Assembly (NCBI GenBank): GCA_050084985.1
Contig: JBITNC010000002.1
Span: 35,526,001-35,590,000, forward strand
Direction: 5' to 3'
Source: Nageia nagi
Taxonomy: Eukaryota > Plantae > Pinophyta
DNA length: 64,000 bases
A model generated the notes under the pieces. It was given only the letters and a program-made list of their open reading frames with translations. It had not been told where the DNA came from and made no database searches. Positions 53,051 to 64,000 of the stretch are shown in pieces. How positions within the stretch are numbered: position 1 is the first letter of the stretch; the number at the start of each line of letters is the position of its first letter. The position numbers and the translations under genes are program-made.

Positions 53051-54206
53051 TAATTATTTGGATCATCACTTAAGTCAACTTTGATAGTTTTTTCAATTAA
53101 CATGTGAGACCCTTCTTCCAACTGATTTGGTATTGAAGTCCAATTTTTATCATTTATGTTATATTTTTGACCTTCACCTAAATGTTGGTCTTCCAAGGTG
53201 GTGTTTATGGTGAAGTATGAGGTTTGTAGTATTGTATCTATATCTTTGAAGTTTTGTATTATGGGTTTTTTAGAAATTAATATGAAGTCTATAGTATCTT
53301 CATCTACCATAAAATATGATGAAGAGCTACTTTAACTTATTGGGCTTGATGATTCAAACTCATCACTTCTAGACCAATCAAAAGATTTTTTTTCAAAATT
53401 TCATCATATATTTTTGTAATTAGTACCATGTTACTTGATACAACATCAAGAAATAACCTTTATAAAGATAATGTTTCATGTTTCACATTATCTTGAATTA
53501 TTATTCCTTTAGATTTTTTACATGACCTTTCGTATCCTAGCTTTTCTAGTTTTAGTTCAACTATTTTACATCCAAATTCTTTTTAATTTTTACTTCTATA
53601 TCCTAATTATGTTTTTTCAGTGGGTAATTCATAATAAGTATTTATTTTATGTCTATTTCCTTGTTTGTATCATCCTAAACCTCTTCCTTTCCATTGACAT
53701 CTATCAAAATATAATTGGAAAAATGATCTCACATAAGGTGATAGATATTCTAATGAATTACAAAAAACACCTTCATGGGATTGATGTAGAGGAAGGATAG
53801 GTGGTTCTATAGGACCTATATAAATAAAGAGTGTTTTATTAGGAACCTTTCCTAATGGCACCAATTTTCAAACTACATTGGGATAATCTTTTGGTCTTCC
53901 TATTTCTTGAGCATAAGGAATATTAAAAGTAGCATCATCCATTCTGAATTCCCCTATACCATAATCTATCTATTTTATAGTTATAGGGTAAATATTTTAT
54001 GACTTATCCATTTCTTAACAATCATTATTTTTTACTAATGTATCTAGAGGAGAAGGTATTTTTGATGAGGAAGCTTTACTTAACTCATCTAACTTTCATG
54101 CTCTTTCCTCCCATGTACATTTCTCTTGAGGCATGGGTTCTATTTTTGGTGGCAAATCATTACTAATATTTTGTTGATTTTTAGATAATTCTTAATTGAT
54201 AACATG

Positions 54207-54860
54207 TTATTCTTTTGAAGAGTTCAAAGAAGAATTATTCGTACCTACTCCTGCAATCGATGGTTTTTCTAGTAGTATTAGTGTTGTAAAATAATGAGTA
54301 GATAGTAAAGCTACTTCTTTTGATAAATGTGCACTATTGTAGTGTGAATATGGATTTTCATTTCCAAGTACACAATGCACTACACTCTTGTGATTGTACT
54401 TTAAAAAATTATGATATGTTGATGGAACGCATTGCATATCCCTAATCCAAGGTGTTCCTAGAAGGATGTTATATTGAGTTATATCTCCTTCAATTATTTG
54501 TAATACTATTTGCGCTATTTTAGACCCTACAATGATAGGTAATGAAATTGATTCCATTGTTGAACATAAAAAATCATTAAATGCATTTAATTGTAATGTT
54601 AGTGCACAAATATGTGAAAATGGAAGATTCAAATTTTTAAATGTAGTTGTTAAAATAATATTTATCATTTAACCTTCATTAATTAATATTCTTTTAAAAG
54701 CTTTTATATACACCTTATCTATGATATGCAAAGGAAGATATTGACCATGTGTCTCATTTGATTGTTTTAATTCATGATCATAGAAAATAATAGTAAGTTT
54801 TTGATTTGTTTTAATGTTTCCTACAAAAGACACAAAACTTTTAGGATTATTTATGTCCAA
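54207..54860 (-). pseudogene. Ogre/Tat aspartic protease, decayed
   Basis: KRILINEG*MINI...YNILLGTPWIRDMQCVPSTYHNFLKY matches the Tat protease pattern RVLIDxGSxxNI...YNxLLGRPWI...VPSTxHQxLKF. Confidence 0.85.
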
Positions 54861-56399
54861 CTCAATTATCTATAATAATTGGTTCATTGCATATTTGTGA
54901 TTTTTATATTATTGTAGTAACTTGAATAGATACATTTTCACTTATGAATTTTTTAATTTTTCATGTAAGGCTCCTTTCACTGAAACTTTGAGAGGTTCAA
55001 GTCTAGGTATGTTGATATAATGGTGATATATGAGGATGATGTGATTTTCCTTTATTTTTAAATGGGGATAAATGATACATTTAAAGCTCATCTTATCACT
55101 TTTTAAGTGAAGTTTTCTCTTATCCGGGTAAAGGTATTGATATTTATACACTCCATGACCTTGTGGTGATAGAGATCGTACCCTATTTTATCCTTTTTTT
55201 TCTTTCCCCATCATTTGATTAGATCCAAATTGGATTTGAATGTTTTATGTATTGGGTTGTCTTATTGGTAGTCTATTTTGATGTACATTGAGCATGGGTT
55301 GTGCTTGCAACTATGGTTGTTGAGAAAATCCTGTGGGTTTAGTTTATTGTTGTACACCTAGGTTATACAAGACCATTTTTTGTTATGATTGGTGTTGTAT
55401 ATTATTTTGGGGTGGATTCGCTTTCCTATGCACATAGGTAGGTATTATTTGTAATTTAAACCTTGTTGGATGATGATTATCTCTTACTTCATGCTCTTGT
55501 ATACGTGTTCTATGGCTTGATAGAGGAGTTGATATATTTGATTTCAAAATGTAATAGGGGTTATTATAAACTCTAGAATGATCTCTTGATTGTACCATAG
55601 GGGTTGTTGTGTGTATGGAGATTTGATCATCAAATTCTTTTAATTTGCCTAGATATAATGGAAGAAGTATAATAATATCTTCTTAGAAATGAGTGAACTA
55701 AATGTCCATTTGGTAGATATCATGTGATATGATCATACTTAGGTCTGAAAGGACATAATTGAAGGATTGTATCAATAGAGTGAGTTTGTGAAGGGGGTGT
55801 ATTTCTTAATATAATCTCTTCTACAACATTAACTGGTTTGTGTGTCTTCTACTAAATAATCTAGGTCTAAAGGAAGACTATGGGCATGAGAAGAATGAGG
55901 AATTATTAGTTGTGTTATACATTGTATAACTATATCTAAGTCATGATCAATAGGATTTAAATAGGTTGTATTTGTTTCTCATTTGTTAGATGTTGACTTG
56001 TTTTAATAATTGGTTCATTGCATATATATGATTCTTAGATTATTGTAGTAACTCAAATAGAGACATTTTCACTTACAAAATCTTTAATTGTTGATGTAAG
56101 GCTCCTTTCATTGAAACCTTGAGAGGTTAGGGTCTAGGTATGTTGGGTTGTACAATAACCTCATCTGGTTGATTTTTTAGAATATTATTTCACCTTCCTT
56201 GTGCCCTTTGAACTCTTGTAGTAATGTTTACCATTCCTACAAATGTTGAGTTTTCGTAACTCCAATTATGTGTTTCTTGATTCTTAGGTGGATGCAATGA
56301 TACATTGTTAACCTAATGTTGAGGAAGAGGATTTTGATAAATTCCTAAATTTTGATTAGGGATAGCTAGGGGATTATCAACTTTCAATTTTCCTTGATT

Positions 56400-57480
56400 A
56401 ATTAGATTTTTAATTTTGTGTTATAAAGTTTTATACCTATTTGTATCATGAACCTTTTGATGAAAGAAATGATAAAATTCATTTTCTTTATACCATCTAC
56501 TAGTTTTAGCATCAAGACATTTAGGTCTTATATCTGGTAATGTAGTTACTTAATGATCAAATATTTTCTTCAAAATATTGTAAAAATAATTTGAAAAATG
56601 TGTGAACTTTTTTTTTTGTCTAAAATCCTTTTCCTCATTTTGTGGAGGGTTCGATTCTATTCTTTTGTGATAGAAACTTTGCTAGTCAATGATGGTTTAC
56701 TTATTTGTTCTATTTGTTTTTTAATTTTAACATAATGTTTCTTTTTCTTTCCTTTTATCTCACCATATTGAATATTAACCTTTTCAATTATAACAACTTA
56801 AGATATGGATTCTTTAAAGGTCCTATATTTGTTAATCAATAAGGTACTAGCAATGGGCCTTAAACAACTTTGTTTAAACATTCTTATCAATTCTTCTTGA
56901 GGTAGAGTGTAGGTCATGCTTGTCAATATTACCCTCCATCTTGAGATGAAATCAATAACTGATTCATCTTGAGATGAAATCAGTTACTGATTCATCTTGA
57001 AATTGTTGCAATATCATAGGATCAATAATGGAGGTTTTATATTTAATATTTATCCTAAAATTTTCTAATAATAGATTTTCTAATTGAGTAAATAATTGAA
57101 TACTATATTTTGTTAGGTTGTTGTACCAATCCATTGCTTGTACAACAAGTGTCATGGGAAAGATATGTAGCATTAATGCATCATCATTAGCAATAACATA
57201 ACTTGAATTATTAAATAATTTGTTAGGTTGTTGTACCAATCCATTGCTTATACAACAAGTGTCATGGGAAAGATATGTAGCATTAATTCATCATCATTAG
57301 CAATAACATAACTTGAATTATTAAATAATTTAAGATGTTCTTTAGGATTTCTGTTTCCTTGAATGGTTCAATTTTTGAAATTTCAAATTTGAAAGGAGTC
57401 TCCTTTTTTTGAAATACTTGGATGAATTGGTTCATTGCAAATCATTTCATATGACACCTTTTGTTTACTTTGCAAATGTA
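56400..57480 (-). pseudogene. Ogre/Tat gag, decayed, with 110-bp and 28-bp tandem duplications
   Basis: PKEHLKLFNNSSYVIANDDALMLHIFPMTLVVQAMDWYNNL...QQFQDESVTDFISR. Duplications at 57111/57221 (period 110) and about 56937-57000 (period 28). Confidence 0.85.
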
Positions 57481-57840
57481 ACTTTTTTTAGATTTCCATC
57501 AACCTTTTATGAAGATCATCCTTTTCTTATAGTTTATTTTGATACATGAGATATTCATCATTTTTATTATCCACTTTTCCTTCATACCTTGGGAGCGATT
57601 CATATCTTTGTTTGAAAGGTGTTTGACATTCATAGTAAACTCCATCATATGGTGGAGAATGTGGTGGGGGTTTATATGGAGGTAATTTTTGTTGCATTTA
57701 TTGTTGGTGTAATGGTGATCTAGGAGGATAATTTGGGTTCCCCTTATTTATAAGTGGAGTTAAATAATATGTTTGAATCTCATCTTGTCATTTTCTAAGT
57801 GAAACTTCTTTTCTCTTATCTAGGTAAGGATCTTGATATT

Positions 57841-58334
57841 TGAGAGAATTGAACTATAACATGAATAAATATAAACTCCTAAGATCATATGAAAGCTCAC
57901 AAATCACATCTAAATAACTCACAAAGTAATCTCACAAAGATAACTCAAGATGTAAGTGGTTCCTCCAACTAGGAGTACATCCATTAACTAGGTCTCTTTG
58001 AATATCAAATATGAACTCTTATAATCTTCCTAAAGTTTTATCCAAAACACTATCCTATAGCATAACTGTACTCTAGAAATTGATGTGTAATAACAAAGAG
58101 GAAGCCTTCTATTTATAGACCAAAATACCTCTTTGGATCACCCTTTTACCCAAAGTATAAAGGCATGACATGTACTCCCTTTTAGGGGCATGCTCATGAC
58201 ATGGAGTGTAGGACAAGTTACATTATCATATTCACTTAAATACTTAAGGTATCAAATGATACCCTTAAGTATTAGTGATTTTACATAGAAAATTATTATA
58301 AATCCTTTATAATAATGAATTATACATTCCAACA
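57841..58334 (-). repeat. 3' LTR of Copia B
   Basis: TG...CA ends, reverse TATA ctatttatag near 58109, adjacent PPT, and homology to 39609-40180 (ttggatcaccctttta, ggggcatgctcatga, ttacattatcatattc, tatacattccaaca). Confidence 0.9.
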
Positions 58335-61300
58335 CTTCCCCTTAATGCAATATTGGGATAGAGAAAACAAGAGAGAAGGAAGAGGGAAAGTAAGAGAGTT
58401 CTCCTCCAAACAAATACAATAGAGATGATAATTTTTTACATATTTGTGAAATAAGAAAGATCTAGTTTGATTCTCACTAATTTACCAAATACAATCATTA
58501 ACCATAACTAATTTTAATGTACATGAAGTATTTAGCCAACTAAAAGTCATGAAGAGTCTCCAAGAGCCTGCATACTTGAAGTAAGTAACTTGCAATCTCA
58601 AAGGAACCCGTAAGTCATAAATAGCTCAAATAACAAGATTAGTTAGATGCAATATATTCATATCAATAAGAATTGATGAATCATACAAATGCCATCATAA
58701 AATGATTAATGGTGCACTATAAGTCATCATAAATATGCCAAGCTAAAACTTATAGTCACCTATTATATATAAAATATGTGTTGATTATTAATGCAAAATA
58801 GAGCATGCACATATGAGTTTCTCACATATGGATAACTAAATAGTGCCAAAAGAAATATAAGAGTTCCCCACACATGGATAACTAAATAGTGTTATATTGA
58901 TCAATTTTTTTACATTAAAATTTTGTACAAATTCTTCATGTAGAGCGAACTTACCATGAAGGTGTACAACAAAATCAACACTATGTAGCATAAAATCCTC
59001 CTAGAGGTGAAGTTGCCATCAAAAATATGAATTCAATCATAAGAATTCAAACTTAACTTCCCATTGAGGCAACTTCACCAACATGATGGCATATTTAAGC
59101 TTATAGAATTGAGCTTATAGGAGGGGCTTAGTGAAAAAATCAATGGATTTCAAGGTGGATGGAAAATACTCCAAGTGTATGATGCCATCAAGAACCTTCT
59201 CCCTAATAAAATGTGCTTAGATTTCCACATGTTTTATTTTTTAATGGAACACAAGATTCTTATCCAAAGACATCATCAATTGATTATCTAAATAAATCAA
59301 GGATGATCCACCTTGCTCATACCTAATTTCTTTCAAAAAATGCCTTAGCTAAATGGCTTTCTAGGTTGCAACAAACATGGCATAGTATTCAATTTCTATG
59401 GTGGAAAGAGAAATAGTAGGTTGCTTCTTAGAAGCCTAAGAGATAGCACCTAAACCAATACTTAACACATATGCAAAGGTTGATTTCCTATCATCTTCAA
59501 CTCCCCCATAGTTAGAATCTAAGAATCCAAAGAGAACAAAGGAGGGAAACTTGATATACTTAAGAGCAAGATCCTTAGTCCTTCCAACATACCTTAAATT
59601 TTTTTTAATAGCATTGAAGTAATCAACATAAGGATTTTGCATGAATTATGCCATCAAATTTACTACAAAGGTAATATCTAACCTGGATATAGTTAAATAG
59701 AAAAGACTACCAATTAATTACCTATAAGCTGTAGCATCAACCAATTGAGAGTTGGAGCTTAGAGAAATAGTTATTCTAGGAGAGACTAGGATAATAACAT
59801 ATATACACTCCTCCATTCCAAACCTCTGCAAGATGTTTGATATATATTTATATTAACTAAGATAAGTACAATCTTTGTATTGATACACTTGCATTTTAAG
59901 ATAGTAATGTAAGAGACCAAGATTAGTCATTTCAAACATTGCCTTAAGTTTGGATATGCACTCTTGAATGATTTCATCATTATTCTTAGTAATCAAAAGA
60001 TCATCCACATAAAGGAGAATCAAGACCACATCTTTTCCTTGAGTGAGCACATATATATCAAATTTAGAAAAATACTTGGAGAAATAAATGTCTGTAAAAT
60101 ACCTTAAAATCTTCCTATACCAAGCTCTAGGTGCTTGCTTAAGTCCATATAATGACTTCTTTAGCTTGCACACAATAGATTCTCTACCTTTCACAATAAT
60201 CCTTTCTGGTTAATTCATAAAAATTTCCACATCTAAGTCACCATTAAAGAATGCACTTTTGACATCAAGTTGAAAAATTTTTCATCCTTGAGCTATAAAA
60301 AGAGCAAGAATAATTCTCATAGTAGGCATCTTTGCTATGGGAGAAAAGGTTTCTTCATAATCTACACTGTATTTCTTAGCAAAACCTTTGGCTACTAACC
60401 TTGCCTTGTATTTCTCAATATCCTCAATAGAATTAAACTTGACCTTGTAGATTCACTTATTGCCAATCACATTCTTCTCAATAGGATAAGGAACCAAGTC
60501 CCAAGTTTTATTTTTCATAAGCACCTCATACTTCACTTTCATGGCTTCTATCTAGCACTCATGCTTAAAAATTTCTTTGAAGGTTGAGGGCTCATGCTTA
60601 TTTTAAATCTTGTTAAATAATGATTTGTTCAAGGTCATACTCTTTTTTACCCTTTGTGTTGGAGAATTTTGTTCTTGAAGTGACTTTTCTATATCAATAT
60701 CTAATAATCTAGGTGTAACTGAAGAGTCCTCTAGATTATCAACATCCTCATTAGAAGTAGATTATTCAAGAAGTTCATTGAACTTTACATCTCTTGAAAC
60801 AAACATGACTTTGTAGGATGGAGAGTAGAGCTTATAGCCTCTATGCTAACTATCATAACCCATAAATATGCATTTTTTAGCCCTTTTATCTAACTTCTTC
60901 TTTTTCTTAGAAACAGTGTAGGAGAATGCTTCACAACCAAATACCCTAAGGTGAGAAATGTTAGGTTTTATTCCTAATCATACCTTAAAAGGAGTTTTAC
61001 CATGAATGAATTTTGTGGGACACCTATTCAAGATGTAAATAGCAGTGCTTACTACTTCACCTCACAAGAAACTAAAAAGATTATCCAATATGCATCTAGC
61101 CATTTCCATAATTATTCTATTTTTCCTTTTAGTAACATCATTTTACTGAGGAGTGTAAGAAATCATAAATTGACTTTTGATTCCATACTTATCATAATAG
61201 TTATTGAACTCATTACTATTATATTCTCCCCTATTATTTGATCTCAACATATTGATTTTAATGTTAGTTTGATTCTCAATAAAAACCTTAAAAACCTTAA

Positions 61301-64000
61301 AACTCTCAAAGGTTTGATCCTTGTGCTCAAGTAGATACCCAAAGGTTATTATACTAAAGTCATAAATAAATTTAAAGACATAAGATGCTCTTCCAAGTGA
61401 CTTAGACCCATCAAATTTGAATGCACAAGTTGAAGAGGTTGATATGCTCTTGTTTCCTTATTTTTTTCAAACTTTTATCTATACATATTGCAAAGAATGC
61501 ACTTCTTGCATAGACCAATTAAAGAAGAAATTGGAGTTTCGATTGCTCCTAGAGCAACATTATCATATTTTAGAGAAGAAATCAACACCTTTTTGTTAAA
61601 AGTTTTCTCATGCTTCAAAAGGAGCCTAGAAAGGTTCTCAAGGGAGAAGACTTCTTTTTCATCATCAAGCCTTGTTTCCATAATTGTCACAAATTTTTTA
61701 AACTTTGAAAAAAGGATGTGAAGAATGATGAATACCATAAACTCATCATTGATCCAATTGCATACACAAGCAATAAGTTGGGTTCTTAGATCAATGATTT
61801 TGTTCAAAAAGGGAGAAGACTTCTTCTTCATGATCAAGAATTATTTCTATAACCATCACAAAGTTTTTACTTTAAAAAAAGTATGTGAAGAATGATAAAG
61901 ACCATGAACTCATCATTGATCCAATTGCACCCACAAGCAACAAGTTGGATCCGTAGGTCAATGATTTTGTTTAAGTAGATAGACACATTTTCATCTTCCC
62001 CTTAATAAAATTGAAGTAATTTTTAGAAAATGGTAAATCTTCTTGAAAACTTTGAACCAAGGTAGATTTTCTTAAGCTTATCCCAAGCTTCCTTTGCTAA
62101 GGTTGAAGAGGAAAGCATCAAGAGCACATCATTTAAAATTGCATGGAAGATCATGAAGGTTTCCAAGTCATTCTTCATGTTGTGAGCCTTTAGTGCCTTC
62201 TCATATGTAAAAGGTACAAGGTTCTCATTCACTATTTTCCAAAGCTTCCTTGCCTATAATTCGCTCTCATTTAAGGTTCTCAAATCCCAAAGTTGGAACC
62301 ATTAAGAATGTGTTTGGGTAAAAAGGAGTCTCCCATTTGCTACATAAGGATGTAAAAAAATAATAAGCATATGGTTCAATAAACAATATTATATGTTAAG
62401 TTTTAACCAAGTAAATAATACATGTTAAATTTAACACTAGATACATGCTTGATTTGATTCATAAGTGCAAATATTTCACAACTCAAATAATAATCCATGT
62501 ATCCAAATACATTTCTTATCTCAAGAACCATAGATGTAGAGTGCCATTATTGAGGCTTGTTTTCTTGTCTAAAAAATTAAGCTTTCACTTGTATTCCCAC
62601 ACAAGAGAATCCCAAGTACTACCAGTCCTCAAATAGTTCACCTTGGTCAATATTATACACTCATAAGAAGTACCTACTATTTTCCAAGGTTATGATGTTT
62701 ATTGGATTGGCCAAATTATTAATCTTGATTAGGTTTCAAGTTGTCCTTCTAGGTTATCAGTATAATCCTTGAATGAATGTGTAGACATGTGGTATCACTA
62801 CACACATGTCTATCCACCTATTGGAGTTATGTTCTAACCAACAAAGGACTTATGGACAATTTAGAAGGATGAACTTTTCACCACTTGGATCATCAGACTT
62901 AAAGGCTATAGTTTGCTTATTCTCACCTCATGGCTCTCCAAACAAATCATGTTACAGAATATACATGTGGATGTCTTCATTTTAAGAGGTTGCTTATTTC
63001 AATGTTTGCATTTTTGTTTGCATAAGCAAATAAATCAAAATGTGAAACATAAAGTAAAAGAGCATAAGTAAAAAACATCATCCATTAAATATTTGAAACC
63101 TAAATATCCAATGGAGCATCATCCATTCAAGATTTGAAACCTAAATGTTCAATGGGTTTTGTTTACCAACCCCTAAAGGACATCTATACATCATTCCTAA
63201 TCTTTCACAAGTTTATTTATAACTTTTGATAAAAAACTACTTAAAGAGGCATGCATAATATTCATAATTTGCACAAGTCCTTTTTTTGCATAAAAGTTTG
63301 ATTAAGGTAATCATTTAAAAACTAAGTAATAAACATGCATTATTTGCATAGAGATCTAAATTTTTTAAATAAAAGTTCATAAATTTTTTACCTTTTTACT
63401 TAAAAAATAAGGCTTAAAGCAATATGATCCCTAAAAATTAGTATGCTAGTTTACCTTAAAAATTAAAACCTAAGTATTTATGGAGGTAAAAAATTACTCC
63501 ATTTTTATCAAGAGTTAAAAAAAAATGCAATTTTAATTTGTGTAAGTACTAAAAGTGTATTTTTACCAAAGTAAAATTTTTCCACATTTTACTATTAAAG
63601 TACTTTAGCATGCCAAAGTAAAATTATGACCCTTCAAATAATTGTTCTTCATTTTTATTAAGGCTAAAACTACTTTCAAAGTATTAAAGAGAAAAAAATA
63701 ACCTTAGTATACTGGAGTGTTTAAAAAAAATTCTCTCTCTAATATTTTAAACACTTAGTAGAGAACTTTTAGAAAGTACTAACTCTATATTAATCAAAGC
63801 AAGTGTTTATTTTTAAGCCTTTAAAAAATGCCAAAAAGCTTAAAGTACTAGTAATTTAAAAAATTCCTTTAAAACTTGCTACATTTTTCTAAAAAAAAAA
63901 GAAAGGCATTTGAGATGAATGATAACTTTTTACTCAACATATTTGACCTTGTACACATTCCAATGCAATTTAAGAGAAATTCATGATGGGCAAGGTAGAA
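57841..64000 (-). mobile_element. Ty1/Copia element B (5' end outside the window) inserted into the Ogre gag 5' region
   Basis: 3' LTR 57841-58334 with PPT at 58335-58345 (minus strand TTAAGGGGAAG|TGTTGGAATG). RNase H at about 59100-59560 (DDRKSTFAYV). RT at about 59600-60600 (CKLKKSLYGLKQAPRAWY, LYVDDLLI). Integrase at about 60760-61510. UBN2 gag at about 61560-62337 (AKEAWDKLKKIY). Long leader beyond 62340. Confidence 0.95.

Larger units (their letters stand above)
40850..57840 (-). mobile_element. Decayed Ty3/Gypsy Ogre/Tat element, cut at its 5' end by Copia B
   Basis: Minus-strand order is gag, protease, partial RT, archaeal-type RNase H, integrase, long 3' region with extra ORFs, polypurine tract, then an LTR starting TGTA(A/G)ACACCC at 43410 and again at 41497. 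Confidence 0.9.

Overview
AT-rich, CpG-depleted, transposon-dominated plant nuclear DNA. The giant TE-filled intron and the Ogre/Tat and Copia types point to a gymnosperm (inference). There is one recognisable host gene on the + strand, a RING-H2 protein resembling the Arabidopsis AT2G21500/AT4G39140 family (family match from memory). It has an exon entering the window (<1-440), a 21,826-bp intron full of decayed retroelements, a 41-nt micro-exon (22267-22307) that restores splice phase exactly, and a terminal exon (22472-23609). That exon has a frameshift just before the RING finger, so the gene is a pseudogene, a null allele or an assembly error. The rest is layered retroelement debris. It includes a minus-strand Ogre/Tat element (about 40.9-57.8 kb) with a deleted RT core, a duplicated 3'UTR+LTR block and two convergent, apparently spliced accessory genes, one a plant mobile domain (PMD) gene. 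Two related Copia elements flank it. A 35-bp near-perfect inverted repeat at 34.7-34.9 kb looks like a small-RNA hairpin. No rRNA, tRNA or CRISPR array was seen. TE boundaries are approximate, and all family calls come from motif recognition without database searches.
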